This document shows positions 14,484 to 29,536 of a DNA stretch of 64,000 bases, piece after piece. This stretch comes from Octopus bimaculoides. Taxonomy: Eukaryota. Each line of letters starts with the position of its first letter. Within the stretch, counting starts at the first letter, position 1. The position numbers and the translations under genes are program-made. The DNA is taken from assembly GCF_001194135.2 (NCBI RefSeq), contig NC_068990.1:7955997-8019996 (forward strand), read 5' to 3'. The notes beneath the pieces are model-generated. The model had not been told where the DNA came from. It was given only the letters and a program-made list of their open reading frames with translations, and ran no database searches.

Positions 14484-14685
14484 TACATAAACAAGACAAC
14501 GTTATTGTCGGCACTCTGTCGCTTACGACGTCGAGGGTTCCAGTTGATCCGGTCAATGGAACAGCCTGCTCGTGAAATTAACGTGCAAGTAGCTGAGCAC
14601 TCCACAGGCACGTGTACCCTTAACGTAGTTCTCGGGGATATTCAGCGTGACACAGTGTGACAAGGCTGACCCTTTGAATTACAGG
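14484..14685 (+). mobile_element. Interspersed SINE-like repeat segment
   Basis: GC-richer block (gaaattaacgtgcaagtagctgagcactccacag...) recognised as a recurrent invertebrate SINE-type domain. Family not confirmed. Confidence 0.5.
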
Positions 14686-14689
14686 CAGA

Positions 14690-14887
14690 ACAGAAACAGG
14701 AAGCAAGAGTGAGAGAAAGTTGTGGTAGAAGAGTACAGCAGGGTTCGCCACCATCCCCTGCCGGAGCCTCGTGGAGCTTTAGGTGTTTTCGCCCAATAAA
14801 CACTCACAACGCCCGGTCTGGGAATCGAAACCTCGATCCTATGACCGCGAGTCCGCTGCCCTAACTACTGGGCCGTTGCGCCTCCAC
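14690..14887 (-). mobile_element. tRNA-head SINE, family C (5' part)
   Basis: Reverse complement of the 5' part of the SINE at 34145-34465. Confidence 0.8.
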
Positions 14888-15234
14888 ACAAGAAAACGTA
14901 GAACGTAGTGTTTAAACAAATTAAAAGAGACACATAATAATAACAATAAATATAAAATGTAACACTTCTCATTTTCAATAGAGAAAAAATAAAACAGATA
15001 TGCTCGGAAATAAAACTCCGAAAACAAATAAATTAAAATTATGAGCATGAGGCGCTCAAGATACGAGAACAAAAATAGCGTACTATTAGAGACGGTGGTC
15101 TGCCAAATTAACTCTGTCAGGTAGACCCTTCTCCTTATGTCACTGCCCAAGCGAAAAACCAAACCAAGAGAGAAGGGTGGACAGATGATGTCAGTAGCTA
15201 GAGCAAAAATAGCATCTCATGGCGGTTACAAAAC

Positions 15235-15368
15235 CAGTGATTGTAGGAACACTTGAAATGACCAGTGAAAGAACTGAAAATTATTTGAGAATGAACCATG
15301 GATTACCATTCATACAAGAAGCGTAAAGGATTGTCACACGTATTGAGAAGAGTGTTGTGGCTGTGAAT
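15235..15368 (+). mobile_element. R4/Dong-like LINE extreme 3' fragment
   Basis: VIVGTLEMTSERTENYLRMNHGLPFIQEA*RIV...LRRVLWL* matches the C-terminal motif seen at 11155. Confidence 0.6.
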
Positions 15369-15699
15369 TTACTTTCCTTTTTTTCCCTTTAATTTCTTTG
15401 TTTACTGTTATATTTTACATTCTTTATTTTTTCTCTGTCTTTCCTCCACTTCTTTCTGTCACATGACTTTGTAAATGAACAATCTGGTGTGATTGTTTTA
15501 ATGGCCTACAAATGTATACAGTGCATGTTCTTCCCTAGGTGTCAGGAAGGCACTCGGCAAGAAAAGGAAAGAGAATTGAAAGAAGATGATAATGAAAGTG
15601 ATAATAATAATAATAATAATTAACGGAACCCATAACAATACCAAGCAAAAGAATGGCGGACGGATAAGCATAAATACTAAAAACTAATTGATTTAGGAG

Positions 15700-15755
<56 letters not shown>

Positions 15756-16039
15756 TACTATGCAACACGCTTCCAAAATCATTCAAGAATAAACTCATTC
15801 TGTAAATACCCAACAAAATGAATAAAACCCACATGTGTCATAGCAGGCCGATACCCGAAAGAAGTACACAAAAAGCACACAAGATAAAAACTAATACAAC
15901 CGAAGACTCAAAGAAAATCCCATTGGAAAACGTACTGATACAATACAATATCCCTCACCCCGCCTCCAAACATGCAGCACGCATCAGCACGCCAGCACAA
16001 AGCTGCAGCATATTAAGCAATAGAAACTTGTTTAAAACT

Positions 16040-16620
16040 TTCAGATGTCGAGATATAATAGTCGTGATGAAGATGGTGACTAACGTTATCTTACCTCAGT
16101 TTCCGAAAAACTCTGCTTGTAACAGCGAAAATGAAGCTGAACCATTGAGGGAAGGCCTCTCGCTCGGCAGTGAATCAGTAAAGATACAGACGTGAACCAA
16201 AGAACCCCATCTTGGTGCCATGTATTCGCGATCGTATACTTTCGGTCATTACCCAAGACTTATGACCATAGCTAAAAGTAGGCATGAACAACGAAATGAA
16301 GATAGTAAGTTTGGCTACATCTACCGCCTAATGACCTTCCGATGACCAGATGCTAAGGCTAGCACATCACAGCACCACTTCATACAATTCCTTAATTCAG
16401 CTTCCTGCTTTTCATCACTCGTGAGACCGGCCCTGAGATGCTTGCACCTCTCCACCTGCTTCGGTGTAACTCCACTCACATGTAGAGTGCATTGCATAAG
16501 CCTGTTGAGAGGGCGTGTGTCTCAGTCTTCGTAGTATTGATTTTCATCTGATAGGTTTCCTGCCGAGTGCCGAGTTCGGCAAGAATGAAAATCAGTGCTG
16601 CAAAGACTGAGACTCGTCCT
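16040..16620 (-). mobile_element. RTE-clade LINE RT fragment
   Basis: Minus-strand translation: MKINTTKTE...KQVERCKHL...AKLTIFISLFMPTFSYGHKSWVMTESIRSRI. Confidence 0.75.
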
Positions 16621-17155
16621 CAAGAACGCTTGAGATATGCACTTTATATATGAACAGGGTTTCACTGCAAAATAAATATAGTATGCAAATATATAAATAC
16701 AGTCCTCTCACAACTGTTGTTCTAGGAACTACAGGCGCTCCCCTAATCTAGATCTGTGCACTGTAACTATTTTCGCCAGTCATTGAATTTTCATATTATT
16801 CCTCCTTCAGATGAGTAATCTCTCAGTAGATTAATTGATGTAGCGCTTGAGATTCAGGGGTTAAAATATTGAGAAAGTAATTAGAATTTATAATACTCAA
16901 TATTGGATATGACTAACGTTCGTCCATCCTGAAACTAAAGTAACTCCTATTTTTTATATGGTAAAATCACTTTGCGTTTTCTTTTGAATTCCAATATTGC
17001 TGGGATTAACATTACGTTGCATCGATTTGTCATCCGTATATATATATATACACAAGCACACACACGCACATATATATATATACACACATATATATATATA
17101 TACATATACATATATATAGATATATATCTACATTTACATATATATATTTACATTT

Positions 17156-17208
<53 letters not shown>

Positions 17209-18079
17209 TGTAATTATGTATGTATACGTACCTGCGAAGTACGTCTCATTGACGTGTGTCTCATTGGCAATACACTGCTCTAAAATATGTAGACGTGTGC
17301 CTATATCAGAAATCGATGTCAAAATGTGACTTGCTCTATAGTTCACATTTTTTCTTAGGAACTGTAACATTTTTATCTTCATAGCCTGTCAATGCGTCAT
17401 AATGCAAGCAACAGCCAAGCGCAGAAAATTATTTCACATAAGAACAAAAAATATTTCTAATGTAATACTACGGCTGCATTCAATAATTCAAATGGAAGCT
17501 TTCATTAACTAGAATATTAGTGTTTAAATTTTATCTTTATTTCTATTCACCATTATTTGTTCGGCAAATAGGATGCTCATAATTCCCTTTATCACTGACA
17601 GAAACACATCCATATTCATAATTCTATGCCTGAATATAGCCACCTGAGCGGATTTCTATTTCTGACATCTTTGCATTTGCCAACCATTTCGATGTCATTA
17701 GAATACAATTCACACTGAACACCTTACTACATGCTCATACACATAAACACATGGGTATAATAAATGATTATTGGGAAAACATTCACGCCAACCCTTAACT
17801 CTACACACACTTCCGTAACATTATTAGCAATGATATGGGCGCGAGGCAGCGAGTTGGTAAAAGCGTTAGAACGTAAAGACGTAAATCTGTTGGCCATGTG
17901 CCTAAAATTTGAAGCCAATTATGATATACACATACACAAATGTTTATACGTGCGTTCACACACACAAACAACGCATATGTCTATAATTACATATATCTCT
18001 TCCTCCCCCTCTCTCTATACATATACGTACATACATAAATACACGCGTATAAACACATCTATGTATCAATCAATGTATC

Positions 18080-18081
18080 CA

Positions 18082-18114
<33 letters not shown>

Positions 18115-18214
18115 TTGTCTGTCTGTTTGTCTGTCTGTTTGTCTGTCTGTTTGTCTGTCTGTCTCTGTCTGTCTGTCTATGTATCTATCTATCTGTCTAT
18201 TTATCTTCATATAC

Positions 18215-18290
<76 letters not shown>
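18080..18290. repeat. (CTGT)n/(CTAT)n compound microsatellite
   Basis: Directly visible. Confidence 0.95.
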
Positions 18291-18299
18291 GTGTTTATT

Positions 18300-18772
18300 G
18301 ACTACCTTCAAACGGGTCACAGCATCAATGGACAGTAGTATACCAACTTGCTGAGGCATTTTTGAAAGGCTATCAAGACCAAAGTACAGGAAAGCGAAAG
18401 CGGCCGTGTTTCATCAGCACACAAGTCCTTGGTTTTAATTGCTGCTTTGCATGACTGCAGCTTCGAACTGGTTGATCACCTTCCCTATTCTCATGATTTG
18501 GCCTCCTTTAACTTTCATCTTTTCCCCTATATGACAAAAACACTTGCCTGGGAAGCAGTGTTGTATTGACAATGACGTGATATCTGCTCTTTTTGACTTT
18601 TTTAGACAAACAGGATGAAAGCTTCTTCACTAATGGGATCCAAGCACTGCTACACCAGTAGAAGAAGTGTGTGGACTGCAAGATGGACTATGCTGAAAAC
18701 TAAACTTCATTTGGTTACATTCCCTGAGAATATCTTGATCAGCCTATGAACTTTTCAGCCAACCTCGTATTT
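18300..18772 (+). mobile_element. Mariner-type transposase 3' fragment with right end
   Basis: ELVDHLPYSHDLASFNFHLFP (cf. HPPYSPDLAPSDYHLF) and GIQAL..KKCVDCKMDY. Ends aacttttcagccaacctcgta, which is TIR-like with a terminal TA. Confidence 0.8.
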
Positions 18773-21700
18773 CAATATTTGTCGCTGCAAAATAATGCCA
18801 ATCATGAATTATATAGCTTTCATATTGTTGTGTTAAACGCTATCAGCTAATGCCACCTACATACAACTCTACAGAATAGGAATTTAAATGTTAGATTAAT
18901 TAGCAGTATTGCCAAGGATGCATCATAGAGGCAATATCGTGCGTTGACTACTGACCGACGGACTAATTTTGTAAATATCTCGCTGGGACAATTTCTCAAC
19001 AGAAGAATAAATAAGTGTTAATATTTGAATGGATGCAGCTAATAAGATATCGGAATATTCAATTGCTATACTAATGTACGTGTATGAGTGGGAATATCAC
19101 TGTTTAATGAAGTGTGACTTTACGATGATCTGTTTTCAGCAATTACGATTCAAACAGAGCTTGAATCAAATTCTGTTTGTCCTTAAGCAATCGTAAACAT
19201 TTCGTATAATGAATTATAGATTACATAATATACTTGATTGAGAGAGTAAACTGGAATGCATCCGAGGATTAAAACAAATCAGCACATAATGGGGCTGTAC
19301 AAAGATATGTTTACACTTTTAAATGCCTACAGACGTATCTATACATGCAGGTGTGTAAATGCACGCATTCATACACTCTTCCCACAAGGGAACGTATTGA
19401 AAATAGGGTTGCTGTGAGTGTCGTACGAGATTACTATATGCCGGATAAATGAATAGAATTGTTTCTGGTTGTTGGGTTGTTGAAACACAATAGGAGTGGT
19501 GGAAATTAAGAAAGATAAGTGTGTGGGTGTATCTAGCAAGATAGTTAAGAATACAAGTAGAACAACAGTTGTTATTCTACGCGCTATACAAGATAGTCTC
19601 TAGGAATGTTTTCATTTTTAAATGAAATTGAATTCCTACACGATTACAAAATCTAATCTTTTTATTTTAAGTGCATCTACTTAATAATTAAGTTCTAGAT
19701 CTTTCAAACGTTAATCACTCTCAACTATTTCAAACCAATTTCACAAAAGTACGTAGGTTTCAAACTCGTTAAGAAGGTCTGTATGCTATGAAGCGTGCAG
19801 CAAATCAAAACTTGTATGACAGTACACAAAATACATTATAATGCGTTTCGTTGTTAACAAACTATTGTAAAATATATGAAGATATTTAACAAAACACTCC
19901 TGCTCAAAATGTCAACAGCTCTAAGTGTCAAAAAATGTTTAAAATAAACAATGCGACAGTTTATAATAAGAAAACAGAGAATCTTTGGTAGAGGAGTTCA
20001 TCCACCGACATGAAGTCAGACGGTGGAGAGCAGAATTTTGCCGAAAAAATAATTTCTTCTCTATTTATAACCTGAGGTAGACTTTAAATGTAATCTTCAT
20101 TTGTAATGCAGAACGTTGTTTACTATCTTTTTCCTATAGCTATTTTTAACCACTCAATATCATGTAATGCGAGAAGTGAATGATATGTAGAGAGTCAAAT
20201 TTTGAGAATAAAATTTCGAGATCATGGGGGGTGCGTAAGACAGAGTCATTGTAATAGCGATAGATATCGTTGAGGGATGATGTAGTGCCTTTGGTGATTA
20301 GGCTGAATTATGATATTGTAGAATATTTCAATATCCTTCATTTCAATGCGGTCAAGAAATGTTAGTTTATGCGGTAGCGGCACCACCTGGTAAATATGAG
20401 CAGCATTCAATGTATTGGAATGAGCTGTATAAAAATATTTTCCGCACCTAAAGAGAATCCTAATATTTGTGAGACCGTTTTTAGAGTTTCATATGAGTTC
20501 TCCATGAAATTCACAAAAGATTGTGCAGCTTTTTATTTATACTGGTCTTCAAGACTTTAATCCATGATGAGAGAGTTGCACGAAGTTATCCTTAATATGT
20601 AATGACTGATAATGTTGTGCGCAGTTAAAAGAGAAATTAAAGAGAGAAACGCGTTTGAGACTTGTACTAGACCTGTGTCAGTGTATATACAAACAATATA
20701 CACATGCACAAATATATATATATATATATATATATGTACATAAATAAAAACACATACGCAAAAACGCACACATATGTTTATACGTTACATATATTGATTA
20801 TTATAATATTCAATTCAACTAATTATATAGAGACTAAAACACTGATATCATTCACTACTAATTTATCAGTTTTCTGCAATGAAGTTTACATTAAATAGAA
20901 TCTGACAATATTGGTAATCTCTGTCTCTGCCGACTCACTGACTTCTGAGATATTTCCATCATACTTTTATATTTCTCTGTTTATTTGTATTTGTTTAATT
21001 ATTTCACTGATTTCTAACGTTTTAGCATCATTGTAACTTTATACTAAATCACTTTCTGATATTTACACTTGACATTTAAAACTTGTAACAGCCGTATGTA
21101 TTTCATATTACGTACATTCATAATTTAATAAACTCCTCTTTTCAAATGTCGTTAACATTAATTTGAATGTTCGTTCGTTTCATCCGACCGCAGCAGATAA
21201 GTTCTGCACTACTAACTAGATTAAATACTAACAAATGCAATAATAACTACACTAAAAAGATTATAAAGAGTATTGTGGTAAGATAAAATCCAGAATCGGG
21301 AGCCAACATTGTGCTATGTATCCTGGTGAATGATCTGAATCCGAAACCGCGATATTCTTCCTTTTGCACGTGTGAATTATATTTACTTAATGTTTTTTTC
21401 TTTTTGCCATATTTGCTTTCAGTTGTTATGGCTCTGACATTTTCCTTTGAATTTCCTAGAAGTTTTGATTACTCCACATCATCAAATAATATTCTTTGCG
21501 ATATTTTGATCAAAATTTCCATCTCCCGAGTTCAAATCTTGATGATATAAGTATGCATTCTGTAGTCTAGATTTAAAATCATTTCCGTTCTACTCTACCA
21601 TTTTATTCGATTCAAATGCAATGCCATCATCAGGATATCATTTTCTCTACAATAAAAAGCAATAGCTTCATTTTGTATATTTCAGCAAACCTAGAAATGT

Positions 21701-22279
21701 AGTCATTGTCTCAAATTATTCTTAAATATACTTATAAAACGGGCCAACGAGGCAGGGGCAGGGACAACAAGGAGAGCGTTATGCATTCATCTAATCTAAC
21801 CTGCTTGAAATAGCAGTCAAATATTTTTTGGAAGCATACTATATCTTGCATAAAGAATTTATTCGATGTTATAGTCATAAATATACAGATATTGCGTAAC
21901 TTTAAATAAAGTACCCTCGATAATAGCTCCTCTACTTTCGTAGGAACGCGGTATTTCGTTATGCAATCATAATATACTGTAAAGTATTATTAAACGCTTT
22001 TATAAGTCAGTACTGTGTTCTACTCTTGAGTCGATGTGGAGGTAAAATACAACAACAACAAAAGTACCGAGAACTGAAAACATTCATGCGAACATATGCA
22101 CTGAGACAAACGAATATGTAGAAGCATGTGCACATATTTTTAAATTAGAGAAACTGACAATTGGAATATACTATACAATATGCCAATTACAAATTAATTC
22201 AATTTACTACATGATAAAACGATCAATATCGGTACACAAGTGACTCATTGGATGTCTGCTTCAATAAATGTATGATTGA

Positions 22280-22337
22280 GAAAGAAAGAGAGAGAAAGAG
22301 TGAGATAGAGAGGGAGAGAGAGAGAGATAGAGAGGGA

Positions 22338-22421
<84 letters not shown>
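22280..22421. repeat. (AG)n microsatellite
   Basis: Directly visible. Confidence 0.95.
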
Positions 22422-22423
<2 letters not shown>

Positions 22424-22534
22424 CGTAGTTAACAGCATATTGGTGAAGATACGTACATAATTTATATTGCTAAATAGTGCCAGCTTCATATAAAATATGA
22501 AGGCTGTAAAAATACGTCCACAGACATTTCATTT

Positions 22535-22700
22535 CTTAATTCAGTGATTGGAGTACAGCCATGCAGGGGCAATGCCTTGGAGGCTTCAGTCGAACAGATC
22601 GATGGAAGTACTTATTTTGTTTTAAGTCTGGTACTTATTCTTTAGCCGAATCACTAAGATATGGGACGTAAACGAACCAACACAGTTACTCAAGCAGCGA
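22535..22700 (-). mobile_element. SINE family B 3' tail fragment
   Basis: Reverse-complement similarity to the tails at 58690-58862 and 59770-59945. Confidence 0.6.
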
Positions 22701-22729
22701 TTCCTATACAATATCTATCTATCTATCTG

Positions 22730-22766
<37 letters not shown>

Positions 22767-23048
22767 ATATATATATATATATATATATACACGCATATAT
22801 ATGTGTGNNNNNNNNNNNNNNNNNNNNNNNNNNNNNNNNNNNNNNNNNNNNNNNNNNNNNNNNNNNNNNNNNNNNNNNNNNNNNNNNNNNNNNNNNNNNN
22901 NNNNNNNNNNNNNNNNNNNNNNNNNNNNNNNNNNNNNNNNNNNNNNNNNNNNNNNNNNNNNNNNNNNNNNNNNNNNNNNNNNNNNNNNNNNNNNNNNNNN
23001 NNNNNNNNNNNNNNNNNNNNNNNNNNATATATATATATATATATAAAC

Positions 23049-23522
23049 AGTTTGGTTGCTTGTTTCTCTGGAGATTGTCAAAATGATGTGGACGCCTTTG
23101 ATGAGAACCCAACAAGGTTAGAAAATCGATTAAGTTTGTTCGTCGTTTTTCAGTCTCCGGAGAAATGGCTAAAATTTGCTCTGTTTGTAATTATACCATA
23201 TGTCACGTATATATTATATCATACCTTGATACTGTTTGGATTAAGATCCCCGTTGACAGGCCGCTGGTATTTATAGAGTGTTAAACACTTTTGGTATGCA
23301 AATTAGGAAATCCTTCATAAAGTAACTGCTGCTTTTGTTCAGTATATAACCAGTTTGGTTGCTTGTTTCTCTGGAGATTGTCAAAATGATATGGATACCT
23401 CTGATGTGAACCCATTCAGCTTCGAAAGTCGGTTAAGTTTGTTCATTTTCTTTTTTCAGTCTGCGAAGAAATGGTTACAATTTGCCCTGTTTGTAATTAT
23501 ACCATATGTTACGTATATATAT
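23049..23522. repeat. Diverged tandem duplication of ~175 bp (23049-23218 and 23351-23522)
   Basis: Both copies start cagtttggttgcttgtttctctggagattgtcaaaatgat and end gtaattataccatatgt..acgtatata. Confidence 0.9.
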
Positions 23523-25563
23523 AGATTCTTATTTTAATTTTTCTGACTCTGTATTTGAACTGGTGCACGACACCGTTACATTTTTACAAAAAATTATTTA
23601 TCGGACAATCTCGTAAGTCGAACAGTTCCATCCAGTCCGTTCCAAAAGGGTTACTTGTATTTTTTTAATACATAAGCTTTTGCTTTAATAGTCTTACAGC
23701 AAAATATAACCTCATCAATAATTACGCCTTTAAAATTTAATTTTATACCCGCGACACCACGGACAATTTTCGATGTTTTCTGTAATGTAGATGTCCATCC
23801 GTGAGGGAAGATGATGGGCTGGCTCGCCTATGTAGATTTGGAGATACTTTCAAAATGTGTCGACTGCCATGATGGCGCTAGATCATGCATGCACATTTGC
23901 CAGTATCGTCGAATTTACAACAGGAATATCATACCGATGAGGTAATGAAGAGTTTTTCTTCTTCTAAACCGGAAACATGTCTATGATTAACTATGGCTAG
24001 TTTAGTTCATTATTTTTCTTCTTGTTTTGCCTATGTGAGTTGCGGGTAACTGCTATCTGTTGGAGTTTCAGCCTTTTTAGCTGCTATTTCTGAACTTCGG
24101 TATGTGGTGAAGCAACNNNNNNNNNNNNNNNNNNNNNNNNNNNNNNNNNNNNNNNNNNNNNNNNNNNNNNNNNNNNNNNNNNNNNNNNNNNNNNNNNNNN
24201 NNNNNNNNNNNNNNNNNNNNNNNNNNNNNNNNNNNNNNNNNNNNNNNNNNNNNNNNNNNNNNNNNNNNNNNNNNNNNNNNNNNNNNNNNNNNNNNNNNNN
24301 NNNNNNNNNNNNNNNNNNNNNNNNNNNNNNNNNNNNNNNNNNNNNNNNNNNNNNNNNNNNNNNNNNNNNNNNNNNNNNNNNNNNNNNNNNNNNNNNNNNN
24401 NNNNNNNNNNNNNNNNNNNNNNNNNNNNNNNNNNNNNNNNNNNNNNNNNNNNNNNNNNNNNNNNNNNNNNNNNNNNNNNNNNNNNNNNNNNNNNNNNNNN
24501 NNNNNNNNNNNNNNNNNNNNNNNNNNNNNNNNNNNNNNNNNNNNNNNNNNNNNNNNNNNNNNNNNNNNNNNNNNNNNNNNNNNNNNNNNNNNNNNNNNNN
24601 NNNNNNNNNNNNNNNNNNNNNNNNNNNNNNNNNNNNNNNNNNNNNNNNNNNNNNNNNNNNNNNNNNNNNNNNNNNNNNNNNNNNNNNNNNNNNNNNNNNN
24701 NNNNNNNNNNNNNNNNNNNNNNNNNNNNNNNNNNNNNNNNNNNNNNNNNNNNNNNNNNNNNNNNNNNNNNNNNNNNNNNNNNNNNNNNNNNNNNNNNNNN
24801 NNNNNNNNNNNNNNNNNNNNNNNNNNNNNNNNNNNNNNNNNNNNNNNNNNNNNNNNNNNNTATATATATATATATATATATGGAGAGACATAGGTAGAGA
24901 AGGAGAGAGAGAATAGAGGGACCGAGGGAGAGAGAGCGATAATATTTATTGCGTAACTGTGCATGTGTTTATTAAAAAATGGAAGCCACTTATTTATTTA
25001 TTCATTTATTTTCTTTTTTCGAAGATACTCCAGTTTACATCTAGATTGATCCTACTGCCGTCCCACAGGCTTCATTGCAGTTGTTTTCTGTTTCGAAAGG
25101 AAGACTTTGTTGTGTAAATAATCCTTTGAACGCATTGCCTGTTAATCTAATCTAAGTTTTTAATGTACTGTCGACATCGGGAATGATAGGTTTGCACATC
25201 AGCATTTCCTCGATGCACTTCTGTTTAGTGGACAATGGTCGGGGATTTAACGTTACATAATCGTTGCTGTTGGAAAATGTACTAATGTGTTTGCAGCTAA
25301 GTATATGCAAACTGTTTAGGAGAGGCAAATATAACTAACTTTTACAGTGCTGCAATTGAATATTTTATGACATATGGTGGTGGGAGGTAGATATTGATGG
25401 GAGTGAGAAGTTGTCTACTACATTTATTACTTCATTCATATTACACGTGCGTGTACGTGTGATTGTCTGTGTGTGTGCGTATGAGTGTCTGTGCGAGAGT
25501 GTGTGTGTATGTGAATGTGAATGTGTGTATGTGTGTGTGTGTGTGCGTGTGGGCGTGCGTGCG

Positions 25564-25594
<31 letters not shown>

Positions 25595-28030
25595 TATGTA
25601 CTGACATAAATGCAATTGTAGATTCAAGCACATAATCTTGCGTGCATAAACGGGTATTTTGTATGTAGATACGAAATATCAAATATAGGCGAAATTTTCA
25701 AAACATCCATGAATATAGTGTCTAATAACTTCCGTTAAACAACCAATAAGAACATGTAACCTTTATTATTGAATATACATTTTATTTCCGATACATTATG
25801 CGGCATCAGGTTTTGTATATTGTGTCAATTGGAAGGAATTACATGTACATCAAAATATTTCGGAAATAAAATGTTCAAGACATTGCAGGAACATAACATT
25901 TCAGTATTATTCGATACTTGTTGAGGCTGAAGCCAAACTCAAACGTTTACTCGGAATAAAACTGACTTCCAGAGAGATAATCTCACCTAATTTCAAAGAC
26001 AAGTGTTAGACATTGAGTTAAAAAATGAAATGTATAGAATGCTGAATGTTGACATCCATAATGTGGCTATAATTTTGTGTTGGTCAAACTGGTTATATTC
26101 GGTGCATTGAGTCTGCATCTCACTTAAAATTTAACGGTCACCATAAACAATTCAAGCAGAGTATTGTTGATCAAAATGATAAAGAACTTTTAATCGATAA
26201 CATATACCAATGATCTACACAATGCACTAACATTGTATTATATAGTAGTCAGCAATAACTTGTCAGAAAATACTAGAGAATTAAAATTTCATGCCACTAC
26301 ATATCGAATTAAAAATTCAATATGTTTTATTTCCCATCGTGCCTTTACTCAGGGTAGATTCAATCATTGTCTTCTGTAACATAATAGGGTTTATCCCAAG
26401 TTAAATATAACGCTTCGAAATACAAACAACTTTAACACAATTCCACTAATACCCTTGAACATGTTCCTGTGCAAGATATTTTCAGTGCTGAGGAATGTAA
26501 ATTAGTATAAAAATATTAACCTGTTTCTTGCTCTTAGTTTTTCTTTATCTGAAATCCAGTGTTTTGTTCTTAGTCGAGAATAATAATTAATCATCTATTA
26601 TTTTGATTAAATTGGATTAACAGAAAAATTCTCGAGATGCAGATATTGCAATGCAAATTCAATTGTTATAGAATGGTATACACAATGCTAATGATGATAT
26701 TTTCAAATGCATTAATATTAGAAATTCAACCCTATTCCAAACGATAGTGCAAATTTCAAGATTAAAAACAAAAGGATCAACTTGATACAGCAATCTACTG
26801 GCTAAGAAGGGCATACACTTTCCCTCTGGCTACATTTCTTCTTTAGTTTTTCTCGTCATTATTTTACCAAACGATTTTGTAGCCTCCTTTTAGCTCATAT
26901 TTCAGCCTTTCCACACTTTTTGTTTTTCTATAAATTTTCGTCATACCTGTGTCTCATTGCAACCTATTTATAAATATATATATATATGTATTTTTTTTTT
27001 TTTGCTTTCCTGAACAGAGAAAACAGTCATTTACTTGATTCTTGTAGCGCATTGTAATAGTCTTCTTTGATATTTAGTAGATATTTTGTAGCCTTAGAGT
27101 AGATATTAAACGATTTATAGTTTTCTAATTGCATTACACCACTCCCAAACTGTAATCGTGGTGAATATAATCTTTATCAGATTCTGTGTTATATTCTAAA
27201 GTGGCATCTAACGTCGCTTGCGTTCTCTTTTAAAGGCAATATTTTTGTCATAGAATTAATGTTCTGCTACTTTCCCTGCTACAGTGCGAAAAGATTAATA
27301 ATAAGAAATGTTAAGGTCAACCTAGGAATAAAACGTTTAGTCTCCGTTTAGCGTCAACTGGAGATAATTGCCTGAAGTAGAAAGTAATGATTGAACAAGA
27401 ATCATATTTTAAGGACTGCTCGTTTGCGGTATAATCAATAAAATTACTATTTGGTTTATCGTACGAAATATTTTACGCAATGAATTTACATGCCCGCATC
27501 GTCGATGGCATTTAATTTGCTGGATGTTTCATCAGCATCTCTATGGAAAAATATGATTTACAGTCATAAACAAGAATTACGTAAGATTATACGACTTTGA
27601 CTCTGGGTCTGCTGGACAAGGGGCTACCTTAGGTCAAAAACATTTCCCTGCTAAAGAAAGAAAATTAAATTAAAAATGTTCTCTGTGTGATTTTTATATT
27701 ATTCTTGAATTTATGTCACTAAAAATTTAACGAAACTTCATAAAAAAAAAGAATACTGAATAATATTAAAAAGTGAAATAATAGGAAAACAGAAGATAAA
27801 AATCAATAATGCATTATTACGTAAGTCTATTCAAGCCATCTATTTGAAATTGTATTACCACTGGAGTCTATTGAGAACGTAATGCAAAGCTTCACAAGTA
27901 CTTAAGCAGGAACATTCATACGGAAGTTGTTAATTATGTGCATATAATAAGATTAACTTTCATATAGTTCTGCAAAATAAAGAAATGAATATATAAATCG
28001 ATACAGTCAGACAGAAAAATAGTTAGATAC

Positions 28031-28063
<33 letters not shown>

Positions 28064-28476
28064 NNNNNNNNNNNNNNNNNNNNNNNNNNNNNNNNNNNNN
28101 NNNNNNNNNNNNNNNNNNNNNNNNNNNNNNNNNNNNNNNNNNNNNNNNNNNNNNNNNNNNNNNNNNNNNNNNNNNNNNNNNNNNNNNNNNNNNNNNNNNN
28201 NNNNNNNNNNNNNNNNNNNNNNNNNNNNNNNNNNNNNNNNNNNNNNNNNNNNNNNNNNNNNNNNNNNNNNNNNNNNNNNNNNNNNNNNNNNNNNNNNNNN
28301 NNNNNNNNNNNNNNNNNNNNNNNNNNNNNNNNNNNNNNNNNNNNNNNNNNNNNNNNNNNNNNNNNNNNNNNNNNNNNNNNNNNNNNNNNNNNNNNNNNNN
28401 NNNNNNNNNNNNNNNNNNNNNNNNNNNNNNNNNNNNNNNNNNNNNNNNNNNNNNNNNNNNNNNNNNNNNNNNNNAT

Positions 28477-28525
<49 letters not shown>

Positions 28526-29536
28526 AACACACACACACATATATACAAGTATATATACTTACATGTATACATACATGTATATCTATATATATACACACAC
28601 ACACACACATACATATGCATATCATTACTGTATGTGTGCGTGTGTGTGTAACATACCTGCCTATAAATATGAAGATATTGCAGAAATGGACACTCAGTTT
28701 CTAAAAGCAGATAAGTACCTCGGGCAGAAAGAAAATTATTGAAAATTTCGACTAAAAGGGAATAAATGTTTCTTATATTATGGAATCGAGTGATGTATAA
28801 TGATTGAGACGAATGGAATGTGCTAATATATGTATTCACTCTTAACCTAATCATAGACATCACACCTGCTTCAGCTAGACGGATCGGAGACATGTGAATG
28901 AACAAGACTTATATATTCACCATATTCAGAGAAAATTGGCTACTTTATGTTGAATTCTCTATGAACAGAGTCACTTTGTTGCTATAGAACTACAGAAAAT
29001 TTAATGTGCATCGGGAATCTAACTTACTCGCCAAATATATCAAAGTAATTAATAATAATCAAATACATTGGAGTGAGAAATTTTGAAATTACTTTAATAG
29101 AATACTGACAGCGAAGTAGTTTAGTAGGAGTTGAAACAGCAGATAATACAAAATTTAACTGCAACAGTCTGTTTTTATAGTAAAGCCTAAAAATAAATCT
29201 AGTAGAGGTGTAACGTGTTGGGTATGTATGAAAATTTGTCGAAACTTTAACTACTAAGTATCGAAGAGAGTATTTCTATATCTGTCACTAAATACCTCCT
29301 TCTAAACATACGTACACATACGCACATGCACCCCCACACACCCGCACGCACACACACTCACACACGCATACTCACACGCACTCATGTATATATACATATA
29401 TATATATATAGATGTAGGTATGCACCAGCATGACCGCAGCCACTTGGCTGAAACACATAAATAAATAAATAAATAAATTTGTATGGATATATGCATATAT
29501 TTATATATTATTTATATTATTATATGCATATATATA

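Noticed and set aside
19975-20470. Short open, protein-like frames (ESLVEEFIHRHEV... on +; RCGKYFYTAHSN... on -)
   Set aside because: They are on opposite strands, have weak splice signals and show no recognisable homology.
25040-26520. Faint LRR-like peptides (LTGNAFKGLF on -, ICFISHRAFT on +)
   Set aside because: Opposite strands, in-frame stops and no periodic LxxLxL pattern, so likely chance.
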